A DNA stretch of 50,691 bases from Candidatus Omnitrophota bacterium (GCA_041648935.1 JBAZOA010000002.1:1-50691), one strand, 5' to 3'. Shown: positions 33,290 through 43,645, counted from the stretch's first letter. The notes: a model not told the origin generated them from the sequence alone. Program-made: numbers and translations.

Positions 33290-33863
33290 TCTTTCTCGCT
33301 GCCCTGAGGGCCTTGCCCCGGTGGCTTATCCTGTTTTTTTGAGATGGGCCCATCTCGGCAAACGTCTTCCTGCGGCCTCGCGGGACAAAAACAGGATCAT
33401 AACCAAATCCGTTCCCGCCGATTGACTCAAAGATTATCCTCCCGGCGCACCTTCCTTCAGCCACGCCCATGAGACGCCCTTTATCCGCGACCGCCATGAC
33501 GCATCTGAACGCGGCTTTTCTTTTACTCGAGGGCAGGCCCTTGAGGAGCCTGAGCAATTTCCTGTTGTTGCTTTCGTAGGTAGCTCCTTTTCCCGAGAAC
33601 CTGGCTGAATAAACGCCGGGCGCCCCATCCAGGGCGTCCACCTCAAGGCCCGAGTCGTCCGCTACGGCGAATTTACCCAAAAATCCCGAGACCTGGACCG
33701 CCTTTTTTACGGCGTTATCCTCCAGGGTCTTTCCGTCTTCTATGACCTCCGGGGTTTTTGGAAAGGAATCAAGCGAAAAAACCTTTATGGGCAGACCCTT
33801 TAAAAGCAGTTTTATCTCTCTGAGCTTATCCCTGTTTCTGGTCGCGACAACGAGCTCCATCAT
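33270..33863 (-). CDS. rdgB: Non-canonical purine NTP pyrophosphatase (RdgB/HAM1)
   Basis: [42 protein letters not shown] and SHRGKA motifs. Confidence 0.9.
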   Translation of the reverse strand: MMELVVATRNRDKLREIKLLLKGLPIKVFSLDSFPKTPEVIEDGKTLEDNAVKKAVQVSGFLGKFAVADDSGLEVDALDGAPGVYSARFSGKGATYESNNRKLLRLLKGLPSSKRKAAFRCVMAVADKGRLMGVAEGRCAGRIIFESIGGNGFGYDPVFVPRGRRKTFAEMGPSQKNRISHRGKALRAARKIILKYL

Positions 33864-34582
33864 GAGTCCAGCTTGACTATTTTTTTCTGCAGTTTTACGA
33901 GCTCATCCACGCCGAGCTTCGCGAGACCGATCAGATCGTTCAGGTCCCTTATCGAGAAGGGTGTCTTTTCGGCGGTGCCCTGGACCTCCACTAATTTCCC
34001 GGCGCCCGTCATTATCACGTTCATATCAACCTCGGCGCGCGAGTCCTCCTCGTAATTCAGGTCCAGGTATTTTTTATTTTCCACAATGCCCACGCTTATC
34101 GCGGCCACGTGATCCCGCAGGGGGATACAGTCTATCTTCCCGCCGTTCTTTAACTTTAAAAGCGCGTCAGCCAGCGCGATAAAACTCCCTGTTATGCTCG
34201 CGGTGCGCGTACCTCCGTCTCCCTGCAGGACGTCACAATCGATCCATATGGTCCTCTCGCCCAGCTTGGCCAGGTCCGCGACGGAACGCAGGCTTCTCCC
34301 TATCAGGCGCTGTATCTCCTGTGTCCTGCCGCTCTGCTTTCCGCGGGAAGACTCTCTTTCTATCCTGGACTTGCATGAACGGGGCAGCATCCCATATTCC
34401 GCGGTTATCCAGCCCTTGCCCGTATCCCGCAAAAAATGCGGGACCTTCTCCTCCACGGAGGCCGTGCAGATCACCCTGGTATTGCCCATCTCTATCATGC
34501 AGGAACCTTCCGCGTACTTCATGACGTCTCTCTTTATCTTTATTCTCCTGAGCTCGTTTAATTTTCTACCATCATTCCTCAT
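33860..34582 (-). CDS. rph: Ribonuclease PH
   Basis: [35 protein letters not shown] and [18 protein letters not shown] motifs. Confidence 0.95.
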   Translation of the reverse strand: MRNDGRKLNELRRIKIKRDVMKYAEGSCMIEMGNTRVICTASVEEKVPHFLRDTGKGWITAEYGMLPRSCKSRIERESSRGKQSGRTQEIQRLIGRSLRSVADLAKLGERTIWIDCDVLQGDGGTRTASITGSFIALADALLKLKNGGKIDCIPLRDHVAAISVGIVENKKYLDLNYEEDSRAEVDMNVIMTGAGKLVEVQGTAEKTPFSIRDLNDLIGLAKLGVDELVKLQKKIVKLDS

Positions 34583-34583
34583 C

Positions 34584-35084
34584 TTACCCCCTCGCGCAGA
34601 CCATGGCAGGAAAATCCCTGACCTCCAGCCTGTGTATGGCCTCAGGCCCCAGGTCCCCGTAAGCGACCACGTTCGCTGATTTCACCTTTTGCGATAGATA
34701 CGCGCCCGCGCCGCCTATCGTAATGAAATAAACCCCTCCGTATTTTTTTATGGCTGAAATGACCTCTTCCGAACGCTCGCCTTTTCCTATCATCCCCACG
34801 AGACCATTCTTCAATAACGTCGCAGTGAAAGGATCCATCCTGGAGCTCGTGGTAGGTCCGCAGGAACCGATGATCTCGCCTGGCCTTTTTGGCGCGGGAC
34901 CGGTATAATATATGGTTTCGCCCTTAATGGAAACCGGCGGCCTTTTCCCGGCCTTAAGGCCCTCGACAATCCTTTTATGCGCCGCGTCCCTGGCGCCCAG
35001 GAGAAAACCGTTTATCAGGACCCACTCTCCCGGCTTTAGTCTTTTCACATCTACTTTTGTCAATGGCAGGTATATCTTTTTCAT
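34584..35084 (-). CDS. Class I (Fe-S) fumarate hydratase, beta subunit
   Basis: 166 aa with the GPTTSSRMD motif, next to the alpha subunit with a 4-nt overlap. Confidence 0.85.
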   Translation of the reverse strand: MKKIYLPLTKVDVKRLKPGEWVLINGFLLGARDAAHKRIVEGLKAGKRPPVSIKGETIYYTGPAPKRPGEIIGSCGPTTSSRMDPFTATLLKNGLVGMIGKGERSEEVISAIKKYGGVYFITIGGAGAYLSQKVKSANVVAYGDLGPEAIHRLEVRDFPAMVCARG

Positions 35085-35923
35085 ATCGTTTTTTCCGCCG
35101 TGCGCGTCGCGTGACAGCTGATATTCACGGCTACCGGCAGGCCGGCTATGTGGGTCGGATAGGTCAATATGCTGACCCCCAGGGCGGTAATCCCGCCCTT
35201 TACCCCCGCGGGCCCTATATTAAGCCTGTTTATCTTTTCAAGCAGGGCCTTCTCCATTTTTTTGACATGCGGCTTGCCGCTATTTTTCCCGATGGGCCTG
35301 AAGATAGCCTCTTTTGACATGGAAACGGCCTTGTCAAGCGTCCCGCCGATGCCTATACCTATATATACCGGCGGACAGGGCCTGGAACCGGCTTCCCTGA
35401 CGCTTTCCACCACAAAATCCTCTATTTTGGAAATGCCCTCGGTCGGCCTGAACATCCTGGTCTTGCTGGTATTCTCGCATCCGAAACCCTTTATCATTAC
35501 CCTTAAGCGTATCCTTCTGCCAGGGACCGATTCCATGTGGATTATGGCCGGGAGATTCGTGTTGGTATTCTTCCGAATCAGCGGGTCAGCCACGACTGAT
35601 TTTCTGAAATATCCCTCTTTATACGCCTGGGCCACGCCTTTTTCAATTGCCTTCCTAAGGTCTCCCTTCACGATGACTGACTGGCCGATGTCCAGATAGA
35701 CCGCTGTCATACCCGTATCCTGGCATATGGGGAGTTTTTTCTCTTTCGCTATAGACGCGTTTTCGATGATGATGCCCAATATCTCTTTGGCCCTCGCGCC
35801 GGTCTCTTTTCTCCTGGCGGCCTTCAGCGCGGAAAGCACGTCCTCGCGCAATTCTATATTCGCCTTGAGGCAAAGCCTTTTTACCGTCTCAAAAATCAAT
35901 CTATTGTCCACTGTGCGCGTCAT
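35081..35923 (-). CDS. Class I (Fe-S) fumarate hydratase, alpha subunit
   Basis: 280 aa with PICQDTGM, MIKGFGCEN and IGIGIGG segments typical of the Fe-S hydro-lyase alpha domain. Confidence 0.85.
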   Translation of the reverse strand: MTRTVDNRLIFETVKRLCLKANIELREDVLSALKAARRKETGARAKEILGIIIENASIAKEKKLPICQDTGMTAVYLDIGQSVIVKGDLRKAIEKGVAQAYKEGYFRKSVVADPLIRKNTNTNLPAIIHMESVPGRRIRLRVMIKGFGCENTSKTRMFRPTEGISKIEDFVVESVREAGSRPCPPVYIGIGIGGTLDKAVSMSKEAIFRPIGKNSGKPHVKKMEKALLEKINRLNIGPAGVKGGITALGVSILTYPTHIAGLPVAVNISCHATRTAEKTI

Positions 35924-36591
35924 CTGACTCCCAGGATTTTATGTAACTGCGGCATGACCCTGACGTTTTTAAGTTTTGAAAGCGCTTCTTTCAAAAAAAT
36001 CCGCGCCAGGCCGATCCCCTGGATCCTGCCTTTCAGCGTGACCGGCTGGATGATAAAAAATATCCCGCTGTCTACGCCTTTTATTATGGAGACCGCCTTT
36101 TTAATATCCGATAAAATCGTGTCTTTCGTGACGACCGCCTTCACGAAGACATCTTTCCCCGCCGCCTTTTTTAAAAATTCCTCGTGTTCCTTCCAGAATT
36201 GCCCGGCCCCGGTCGAGGACGGCAGTTTGAAATCCATACTTATTATATCCACAAAATCCAGTATCTCCAAGAGATTATTCTTGAGCGTGCCGTTTGTCTC
36301 GAGATAAACCTGAAAACCCTTTTTCTTCAGCCTGGGGAGCAGTTCTTTTAAAAAATCGACCCGCAGGAGAGGTTCGCCGCCTGTCAATGAAACCGTCTTC
36401 ACGCCTTCTTTATCGAGACGCCTCATGACCTGGCTCGCGCTGTATTCCGAGAACCTCGTTTTCTTTTTCTCGTCGCAGAACCGGCATGCGAGATTGCATC
36501 CGTAAAACCTCACGAAGGACTGCGGCTGGCCCGCGTAAGGACCCTCGCCCTGTATTGAACTGAAGATTTCAATGATCCTGGCTTTACTCAA
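35920..36591 (-). CDS. queE: 7-carboxy-7-deazaguanine synthase (radical SAM)
   Basis: SIQGEGPYAGQPQSFVRFYGCNLACRFCD signature, adjacent to queC. Confidence 0.85.
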   Translation of the reverse strand: MSKARIIEIFSSIQGEGPYAGQPQSFVRFYGCNLACRFCDEKKKTRFSEYSASQVMRRLDKEGVKTVSLTGGEPLLRVDFLKELLPRLKKKGFQVYLETNGTLKNNLLEILDFVDIISMDFKLPSSTGAGQFWKEHEEFLKKAAGKDVFVKAVVTKDTILSDIKKAVSIIKGVDSGIFFIIQPVTLKGRIQGIGLARIFLKEALSKLKNVRVMPQLHKILGVR

Positions 36592-37210
36592 GGCCTTTTG
36601 ACCTCAATCTGCACGCGTCGCAGACCCCGCAGGGTCTTTTCCCGCCTTTGTAGCATGACCACGTCTTTTTAAAATCCACGCCCAGATCCCTGCCGAGGCG
36701 CGCTATCTGTTTCTTTGTCTTGCGCAATAAAGGCGCCTCAATCCTGATGCCTCCCGCCTTCGACGCCTTTTTAAGCAGTCCATTAAAGGCATTGAAATAT
36801 CCCGGCCTGCAGTCAGGATATCCTGAAAAATCTATGGCGTTGGCGCCTATGAAAACCGCCTTCGCACCTATCGCCTCGGCGAATGAAAAGGCGAAACTCA
36901 GGAATATGGTGTTGCGGCCCGGAACGTAAGTGGCCGGGATTTCTTTTTTTATTTTCGCGGCGCCCCTGTTCTCGGGGACGCGTATCTTTTTATCCAGAAG
37001 GGCGCTGTGTTTCCAGGGCAGGCTTATCTTTAAAACCCGGCATTCCGCGTCCACGGCCCCGGCCAATCTTTTAGCGAAAGAAACCTCTTTTTTATGACGC
37101 TGGCCGTAATCAAAAACAAGACAGTAAGGCCTGTATCCTCTCTTGATCGCGAGGTAAAGCGTGACCGCGGAATCCATGCCGCCTGACAATAATATAATCG
37201 CCTTTTTCAT
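36584..37210 (-). CDS. queC: 7-cyano-7-deazaguanine synthase
   Basis: PP-loop ILLSGGMDS and a C-terminal Zn motif CYKGGKRPCGVCDAC. Confidence 0.9.
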   Translation of the reverse strand: MKKAIILLSGGMDSAVTLYLAIKRGYRPYCLVFDYGQRHKKEVSFAKRLAGAVDAECRVLKISLPWKHSALLDKKIRVPENRGAAKIKKEIPATYVPGRNTIFLSFAFSFAEAIGAKAVFIGANAIDFSGYPDCRPGYFNAFNGLLKKASKAGGIRIEAPLLRKTKKQIARLGRDLGVDFKKTWSCYKGGKRPCGVCDACRLRSKGLE

Positions 37211-37213
37211 TTT

Positions 37214-38107
37214 TTATGCGCGGGGGTGCACCTTGTCGTAAATAGATTTTATCCGCTCAGTGGTGACATGCGTGTAAATCTGCGTGGTCGACAGGTTCGC
37301 GTGCCCCAGGAGCTCCTGCACGGACCTCAGGTCGGCGCCCCTGTCAAGCATGTGGGTCGCGAATGAATGCCTGAGGGTATGCGGGGATACCTTTTCGTTC
37401 AGGGCTGTTTTGTGTATGTATTTTTCAACCACGCGCCTCACCGCCCTGTCGCTCATGCGCCTCTTGCTTTTATTCAGGAATACGGGTTTTTTCTCGGTCA
37501 TGTCCGCCGTCTTCGACTTTTCCAGATAATCCCTTATGGCCCTCAACGCCTTGTCTCCTATGGGCACCAACCGCTCCTTCTTGCCCTTGCCGTATACCTT
37601 TAATACCCCGCTTATAAAATCTATGTCGTCCTTATCCAGCCCCACCAGCTCGCTTACCCTGATGCCGCTCGAATAAAGCGTCTCGAGTATCGCCCTGTCC
37701 CTGAGGCCCGTGTCGTCCGAAGGGTCAGGAGACTCGAGCAGTTTTACCGCGTCTGAGGCGTTGAGAAAAAGCGGGAGCTTCTTGTCCAGCTTGGGCGTTG
37801 AAAGCCCGGCCGCCGGATTACTCTTGATGTGGCCGTCCCTGTACAAAAATTTAAAAAAGCTTCTCAGGCAGGCCATCTTCCTGGCCACGGAAGACTTTGA
37901 AAAATTCTTTTCCTTGAGCCTGGCCAGGAACAGCCTCACGTCCACGTGCGTGACGCCTTCCAACGGCTTGTCTTTGATGGAATCGCCGAATTCTTTCAGG
38001 TCAATCTGATAATTCGTTACGGTATGCTTTGAATAATTTTTTTCTATCTGGAGATATATTATGAATTTATGGATATAACGGTCTAACATAAATCCCTTAG
38101 TTGACAC
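37214..38107 (-). CDS. xerC: Tyrosine recombinase XerC/XerD family
   Basis: Catalytic R...HxxR...Y pattern (LYSSGIRVSEL, HTLRHSFATHML, LGHANLSTTQIYTHV). The GTG start at 38107 lies 8 nt after the AAGGAG supplied by repeat R1. An alternative ATG lies at 38089. Confidence 0.85.
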   Translation of the reverse strand: MSTKGFMLDRYIHKFIIYLQIEKNYSKHTVTNYQIDLKEFGDSIKDKPLEGVTHVDVRLFLARLKEKNFSKSSVARKMACLRSFFKFLYRDGHIKSNPAAGLSTPKLDKKLPLFLNASDAVKLLESPDPSDDTGLRDRAILETLYSSGIRVSELVGLDKDDIDFISGVLKVYGKGKKERLVPIGDKALRAIRDYLEKSKTADMTEKKPVFLNKSKRRMSDRAVRRVVEKYIHKTALNEKVSPHTLRHSFATHMLDRGADLRSVQELLGHANLSTTQIYTHVTTERIKSIYDKVHPRA

Positions 38108-38136
38108 ACGAGCAATACTCCTTTTGTCAACTTAGG
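38096..38136. repeat. 40-bp palindromic intergenic element, copy R1 (topA|xerC junction)
   Basis: CTTAGTTGACACACGAGCAATACTCCTTTTGTCAACTTAGG. It has 11-bp terminal inverted repeats (CTTAGTTGACA / TGTCAACTTAG). Its orientation is opposite to R2 and R3. Confidence 0.7.
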
Positions 38137-40126
38137 CGGCATTTTCCACTTCAGCTTCTTCTTCCTTGTCTTGCGAAGGCAGGCGGCGCGATATGTGATG
38201 GCATTTGGGATAATTGGAACAACCGTAGAAATGCCTTCCTGTCTTTGAGCGCCTCTCGACCAGCATGCCGCCGCAGTCCGGCTCGGGGCATTTCACGCCT
38301 GTGGGTATGGACTTGGCGAACCTGCAATTCGGAAAATCAGAACAGCTCAGGAATCTTCCGAGACGGCCCCACTTTATGACCATGGGCTTGCCGCACTTCT
38401 CGCAGACCTCAGAGGTCGCGACCGTTTCCCCCTTGACCTTTCTCATGTTGACCTTGGCGTGCTCCACGTCCTTTTCAAACGGCCCGTAAAATTCTTTCAG
38501 CACGGCGCATCTCTTCTGCTTCCCTTCCTCTATCTCATCAAGTTCCTCTTCCATCTTGGCCGTAAATTCCAGGTCCAGGATTTTCGGAAAACTCTTCATC
38601 AATAAATCGGTCACCACCATGCCCAGTTCCGATGGGGTAAAATACCCCTCTTTCCTCTTAACGTAATTGCGCGCGACGATTGTCTGAATCGTGGGCGCGT
38701 ACGTGCTTGGCCTTCCGATGCCGTATTCCTCCAGGGCCTTTACCAGCGAGGCGTCCGAAAACCTCGGAGGCGGTTTGGTGAAATGCTGACTGTGATTAAG
38801 TTTCAGGAGATTAAGGGCATCTCCGGACGATAATAGCGGGAGCGTCTTCTCCTCTTCTTTTTCTTCCTCTTCTTCCTCGTAAATAACGCTGAAACCGGCG
38901 AAGACCTTCTGTGACCCCTGCGCCTTAAAAATACACCTGCCGGCCTGTATCTCGACGCTCGTCACCGCGAACACCGCGGGCGGCATCTGACTGGATATGA
39001 AACGATTCCATATAAGGGTATAAAGCCTAAGCTGGTCCGTGGTCAAATATTCTTTTATGCTCCCGGGTTCCCGCAGGGGCAATGCGGGCCTTATCGCCTC
39101 GTGCGCCTCCTGCGCCAGTTTTTTCGCCTTGTACGCATTAGGCGATTCCGGCAGGAATTCCTTCCCGTATTTATCCGCGATATACTTGCGGGCGTCATCT
39201 ATCGATTCTTTCGAGACCCTGACCGCGTCCGTGCGCATGTAGGTTATGAGACCGACCGCGCCTTCTTCCCCTATGACAAGCCCCTCGTAAAGCTGCTGCG
39301 CCACCCTCATGGTCTTGCTGGCCGGAAATCTCAGCTTGTAAAAGGCCTCCTGCTGGAGCTTTGAGGTGGTGAATGGCGCCTGCGCGTATTTTCTCTTTTC
39401 CTTCTTTTGTACATCTTTAACAGAATATTTTTCTTTCTCGAGCTCCGCTACCAGCTTTTCCGTGATTTCCTTGTTGTTCAGCTCGGCCTTTTTGTCGTCT
39501 ATCTTATCAAGCTTGGCGACGAAACTCGTGTCCTTCTCCAGTTCCGCCTCTATCTCCCAATATTCCGTGGGTATGAAGGCGCGGATCTCGTTTTCCCTGT
39601 CAACGATCATCCTTACCGCGACTGACTGCACCCTGCCTGCTGAGAGCCCGCGGCCGACCTTTCTCCACAATAACGGGCTTATGCTGTATCCCACGAGCCT
39701 GTCCAGGATCCTTCTTGCCTGCTGCGCCTCAACCATGTTCTCGTCTATCTTGCCCGGATGTTTTATCGCCTCCAGGATAGCGCCCTTCGTGATTTCGTGG
39801 AACATCACCCTGTAGGTGTCTTTCTTTTTCCCCAGAAGATTGTACAGATTCCAGCTTATCGCCTCGCCTTCCCTGTCAGGATCTGTGGCGAGATAGACGG
39901 CGTCCTTATCTTTGGCCTCTTTTTTAAGCGCGGATATCATCTTCTTCTTGGAGGCGATGACTATGTACTCCGGGGTAAAATCATTCTCTATGTCTATGCC
40001 CATGGTGGATTTTGGCAGATCCATTATGTGGCCCATCGAGGAAGAAACCACGAAATCCTTCCCCAGGATCTTGTTTATGGTATTTGCCTTTGCGGGCGAC
40101 TCAACTATAACAAGCGATTTTGCCAT
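38132..40126 (-). CDS. topA: DNA topoisomerase I
   Basis: TOPRIM N-terminus (LVIVESPAKA), active-site region, and two C-terminal Cys4 zinc ribbons (CEKCGKPM...CSDFPNC; CPEPDCGG...CSNYPKC). Confidence 0.95.
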   Translation of the reverse strand: MAKSLVIVESPAKANTINKILGKDFVVSSSMGHIMDLPKSTMGIDIENDFTPEYIVIASKKKMISALKKEAKDKDAVYLATDPDREGEAISWNLYNLLGKKKDTYRVMFHEITKGAILEAIKHPGKIDENMVEAQQARRILDRLVGYSISPLLWRKVGRGLSAGRVQSVAVRMIVDRENEIRAFIPTEYWEIEAELEKDTSFVAKLDKIDDKKAELNNKEITEKLVAELEKEKYSVKDVQKKEKRKYAQAPFTTSKLQQEAFYKLRFPASKTMRVAQQLYEGLVIGEEGAVGLITYMRTDAVRVSKESIDDARKYIADKYGKEFLPESPNAYKAKKLAQEAHEAIRPALPLREPGSIKEYLTTDQLRLYTLIWNRFISSQMPPAVFAVTSVEIQAGRCIFKAQGSQKVFAGFSVIYEEEEEEKEEEKTLPLLSSGDALNLLKLNHSQHFTKPPPRFSDASLVKALEEYGIGRPSTYAPTIQTIVARNYVKRKEGYFTPSELGMVVTDLLMKSFPKILDLEFTAKMEEELDEIEEGKQKRCAVLKEFYGPFEKDVEHAKVNMRKVKGETVATSEVCEKCGKPMVIKWGRLGRFLSCSDFPNCRFAKSIPTGVKCPEPDCGGMLVERRSKTGRHFYGCSNYPKCHHISRRLPSQDKEEEAEVENAA

Positions 40127-40129
40127 GTC

Positions 40130-41248
40130 TCATTTCCCTTCTGACCGCGCGAATTTTTTCCCGGGCAGCTGCCGCGCCAGCTTTTTAATCTCCAGATTAA
40201 TCAATATGCCGGAAATCCTGCTGAGCCCGATTCCGCTCTCTTCGCATAGCTCATCTATGTACCTGGGCTCGCTAGATAGTAAATTATATACTAAACTTTC
40301 GCATTTGTCCAATTCGGGAGCTAATTTATTCTGCTTCGCCAGGCGGCTTTCGCGGCTGGCTTCGCAGGAATCCTGTAAACATAATTCTAATTCTTCTATT
40401 ATGTCGTCTATATCCCCGACGAGTTTCGCGCCTTGTTTTATCAGCCTGTTAGTACCTTTTGAAGTGGCTGAGTCCACCTTGCCCGGCACCGCGAAGACCT
40501 CTCGGCCCTGCTCCAGCGCGATATCGCACGTGATGAGCGCCCCGCTCCTATCAGCCGCCTCCACGCATATCACGCCCAGCGAAAGACCGCTTATGATCCT
40601 GTTCCTTTTTGGAAAATTCCCCTTGTCCGGGATGGTCATCATGGGGAATTCCGAAATGACCGCCCCTTTGCCGGAAATCTCCTCGGCCAGTTCGATATGC
40701 TCCTCAGGATACACATTAGCTATGCCTGAACCCAACACAGCCAAAGTCCTGCCTTTGGCCTTTAGCGCGCCCTTGTGGCTCGCGGAATCAATGCCCCTGG
40801 CGAGGCCCGACACGATAGTTACCCCTCTTGACGCCAGCTCAAAGGCGAACCTCTCCGCTGTCTGAAGCCCGTAAAAAGACGCCAGGCGCGAACCCACTAT
40901 GGCAATCGCTAAATTATCTCTCGGAAGGATTTTCCCTTTAACATACAACGCCACGGGCGGATCGTATATGTTTTTTAAATTCTTCGGGTAATCATTATCT
41001 AAAAAAGTCACCACCTTCACGCCGCGCGTCCTGATTAATTCCAACTCCTTCTTCAAATCGATCTCTTTTATGCCCTTGATTATATTGGACGCGATCCTGA
41101 GGCCTATCTCTTTTACTTTTTCCAGCTCGGCCTGGCTTGCCTTGAAAATCTTTTCCAAGGACCCGAAATGCTCCAGGAGACGCTGGGTCCTGACGCTCCC
41201 AACGTCCTCAATCATATTCAAAATAAGCATCCTCTCAATGTCTGTCAT
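40130..41248 (-). CDS. dprA: DNA-processing protein DprA (Smf)
   Basis: I prefer ATG 41248 (MTDIERMLILNMIEDVG). It has the Rossmann-like core IVSGLARGIDSASHKGAL...VLGSGI, and sits in the classic dprA-topA arrangement. Confidence 0.9.
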   Translation of the reverse strand: MTDIERMLILNMIEDVGSVRTQRLLEHFGSLEKIFKASQAELEKVKEIGLRIASNIIKGIKEIDLKKELELIRTRGVKVVTFLDNDYPKNLKNIYDPPVALYVKGKILPRDNLAIAIVGSRLASFYGLQTAERFAFELASRGVTIVSGLARGIDSASHKGALKAKGRTLAVLGSGIANVYPEEHIELAEEISGKGAVISEFPMMTIPDKGNFPKRNRIISGLSLGVICVEAADRSGALITCDIALEQGREVFAVPGKVDSATSKGTNRLIKQGAKLVGDIDDIIEELELCLQDSCEASRESRLAKQNKLAPELDKCESLVYNLLSSEPRYIDELCEESGIGLSRISGILINLEIKKLARQLPGKKFARSEGK

Positions 41249-41261
41249 GATAGCCCATGTT

Positions 41262-41301
41262 GTAAGTTGACAAAAGGAGTATTGCTTGAGTGTCAACTAA
41301 G
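41262..41301. repeat. 40-bp palindromic intergenic element, copy R2 (aroK|dprA junction)
   Basis: The plus strand reads GTAAGTTGACAAAAGGAGTATTGCTTGAGTGTCAACTAAG. Its reverse complement matches R1 at about 37 of 40 positions. Confidence 0.7.
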
Positions 41302-41797
41302 AAATCAAGGCGATTATTTTATCAACCACCTGGTCTATGGTCAGTTCATCGGTACTGACGCTGTGGTCGGCTTTTTTATAGTATGGCGCCCTCGCGGATA
41401 AAAGTTTTTCTATCCTCTCTCTGGGGTCGGGCACATTTAAAAGCGGCCGGCGCTCGCTGCCTCTCGTTCTTTCAAGGATAGTATCCGGTGACGCCTCGAG
41501 ACAAACGATTACCCCGTTTTTTTTAAGGTTATTAAAATTCTCTTCGTCGATGATCGCGCCGCCCCCGGCTGAAATGACAACGCCTTCTTTCCGCGACGCC
41601 TCTTTTACCGCCTCTTTCTCAAGCCCCCTGAAATAGGATTCGCCTTTTGTCTCGAATATCTCCTTGATAGAAACGCCTTCTCTTTTTTCTATGACGCTGT
41701 CCAATTCCAGGAATTCCCTCCCGAGTTTTCCCGCGAGAGCCCTGGCGACAGATGTCTTGCCTGTCCCCATGAAACCCACCAGCACTATGTTCTTCAT
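41297..41797 (-). CDS. aroK: Shikimate kinase
   Basis: I prefer ATG 41797 (MKNIVLVGFMGTGKTS), preceded by a G-rich RBS. Walker A motif and shikimate-binding segments are present. Confidence 0.9.
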   Translation of the reverse strand: MKNIVLVGFMGTGKTSVARALAGKLGREFLELDSVIEKREGVSIKEIFETKGESYFRGLEKEAVKEASRKEGVVISAGGGAIIDEENFNNLKKNGVIVCLEASPDTILERTRGSERRPLLNVPDPRERIEKLLSARAPYYKKADHSVSTDELTIDQVVDKIIALIS

Positions 41798-41853
41798 GCC
41801 GCCCCCCATCAGTATACACAAATATAGCAGATGTTTATTAAATAGTCAAATCC

Positions 41854-41882
41854 TTGTATTTTATGAGGTTATATGCTATACT
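41854..41882 (+). promoter_or_regulatory. Sigma-70-type promoter for the plus-strand OMP gene
   Basis: TTGTAT (41854..41859), a 17-nt spacer, then TATACT (41877..41882). An AAGGA RBS precedes the ATG at 41905. Confidence 0.4.
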
Positions 41883-41904
41883 CTTTCCAAAAATAAGGAA
41901 AAAT

Positions 41905-42519
41905 ATGAAAAATACCAATAAATTATTACTGATAGTTTTGTCTCTCCTGCAATTCATCGCTATCCCGGGCGCTCATGGCATCCAGATAAACAGTAAAAAC
42001 GAACTGCTTATCGACTCGAGGGGCGACGACGGCGATATTTACCTGTGCCGCCTATGGCTGTCCAAAGATATCCCCGATTACAGCGTGAAAATATCCGCAT
42101 TCGGAGAGACTCAATGGAATTTCAAGACCAGTGAATGGGAAAAACTCACCGCGGGGCTTGAGGCGGGCCGTTCTTTATCAAAATACCTTCACGTCTCTCA
42201 ATCTTTACAGGCCATAAACGGACAGATGCTGGATTACATGTGTTTCAACCCCGGCAACGACTCTATCGAAACCACCTCTAAGATATCGCTCAACATGCCT
42301 CTATGCAAGACCCTGTTCAAGGAAAGGCTCGGCTTACGGCTATTTGAGGAATACACGTTTAACTTGGAAGAAAACCAGGCCGGACTGAATGAACTGGGGG
42401 CTGAGATAACTTACAGGCTCGCCGCAAACGCGTCCATGGCTATCGGCTGGCACCACAGTGACAGGATCCACAGCTTTGACTCCGACTACGCGTCCTCGTC
42501 GTTAAACCTAAATTTTTAA
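41905..42519 (+). CDS. Putative small outer-membrane beta-barrel protein
   Basis: Start at ATG 41905 (MKNTNKLLLIVLSLLQFIAIPGAHG signal peptide). It has alternating hydrophobic strands and the C-terminal ...SLNLNF. Its 3' end overlaps the aroC 3' end by 12 nt. Confidence 0.5.
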   Translation: MKNTNKLLLIVLSLLQFIAIPGAHGIQINSKNELLIDSRGDDGDIYLCRLWLSKDIPDYSVKISAFGETQWNFKTSEWEKLTAGLEAGRSLSKYLHVSQSLQAINGQMLDYMCFNPGNDSIETTSKISLNMPLCKTLFKERLGLRLFEEYTFNLEENQAGLNELGAEITYRLAANASMAIGWHHSDRIHSFDSDYASSSLNLNF

Positions 42520-43629
42520 CGCGCTGACATAACCCTTGTAATTCCTTTGCGATTCCCCGACGCTGTCTCCGCCGAATTTCTCCAAAAAGGCGTTCGCGAT
42601 GGTAAAGGCCGTCATCGCCTCTCCTATCACGCCCGCGCTCGGTACGGCGCACACGTCAGACCTCTCGGTGGCTGAACGGACCTGTTTTTTAGTGGCGATA
42701 TCTATTGAATTCAAACCCTTCATCAGGGTGCTTATAGGCTTCATGTAACCGCGGAGCGTTATATCCTCTCCGTTTGAGATCCCGCCTTCTATGCCGCCCG
42801 CGTTGTTTGTCTTGCGGTAAAGGCCTTTTTGTCTGTTATGGAAGATCTCGTCGTGCACCTCGGAACCGAATCTCGTGGCGGAATCAATGCCGCTGCCGAC
42901 CTCCACCGCCTTAACCGCTGGGATAGACATCAGTGCCAGAGCGAGAAGCGCGTCGAGACGCCTGTCGTAATAGACATGGCTTCCCAATCCCGGCGGCACG
43001 CCCCTGACTATCACCTCAAAGACCCCGCCTATCGTATCCTTGGCCTTTACAGCCGTATCTATCTCCTCTATCATCAATTTCTCGATAGAACCGTCAACGC
43101 AGTTCAGTTTTGAACCGGACGCCCTTCTGAGTATCTCATCGAAACTAAGGCCTTTTGAGTGCGCGGCCACCCCGCCTATCATCACCACGTGGCTAAGCAC
43201 CCTGATATCGAATTCCGCCAAAAACGCCTTGCATAAAGCGCCAATGGCCACTCTCATCGTGGTCTCTCTCGCCGAGGCCCTCTCCAAAACGCGCCTGGCG
43301 TCCGAAAACCCGTATTTCAGTATACCCGCCAGGTCCGCGTGCCCCGGCCTGGGATTTTTGACAGCCGGAAGTTTATCTATTGAAAAATCTTTATTCTTGA
43401 TAAAGACCGCTATGGGACTGCCTATGGTCACCCCCTTCATGACACCTGACAATATCCGCGCCTGGTCTTTTTCTATCTTCATCCTGGCGCCCCTGCCGTA
43501 ACCGGCCTGGCGCCTTTTCAGATCTCTATCTATATCCTTGACGTCGACTTTCAACCCCGCGGGCAAGCCTTCCAATATACCCAAAAGCGCCTCTCCGTGC
43601 GACTCCCCTCCGGTCAACATCCTTAACAT
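42508..43629 (-). CDS. aroC: Chorismate synthase
   Basis: GESHG, RPGHAD and GGISNG signature segments. Confidence 0.95.
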   Translation of the reverse strand: MLRMLTGGESHGEALLGILEGLPAGLKVDVKDIDRDLKRRQAGYGRGARMKIEKDQARILSGVMKGVTIGSPIAVFIKNKDFSIDKLPAVKNPRPGHADLAGILKYGFSDARRVLERASARETTMRVAIGALCKAFLAEFDIRVLSHVVMIGGVAAHSKGLSFDEILRRASGSKLNCVDGSIEKLMIEEIDTAVKAKDTIGGVFEVIVRGVPPGLGSHVYYDRRLDALLALALMSIPAVKAVEVGSGIDSATRFGSEVHDEIFHNRQKGLYRKTNNAGGIEGGISNGEDITLRGYMKPISTLMKGLNSIDIATKKQVRSATERSDVCAVPSAGVIGEAMTAFTIANAFLEKFGGDSVGESQRNYKGYVSALKI

Positions 43630-43645
43630 CCCGCACCTCCGATCT

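Noticed and set aside
38101-38379. A 92-aa plus-strand ORF starting inside repeat R1, and the N-terminal extensions MTLKQYSFCQL (dprA) and MSNTPFVNL (pilD) that translate repeats R2 and R3.
   Set aside because: The similar peptides arise only because the same 40-bp DNA repeat is being translated. The reading frames differ between copies and better starts exist downstream. For xerC the repeat-encoded GTG start at 38107 was kept, because a good SD precedes it.
39912-40865. 317-aa plus-strand ORF, the longest unannotated ORF in the track, spanning the topA/dprA junction.
   Set aside because: It is entirely antisense to two strongly supported genes. Its composition is Ser/Leu/Phe-rich and low in complexity, as expected for the reverse frame of coding sequence. 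It has no RBS or promoter and no recognisable motif.
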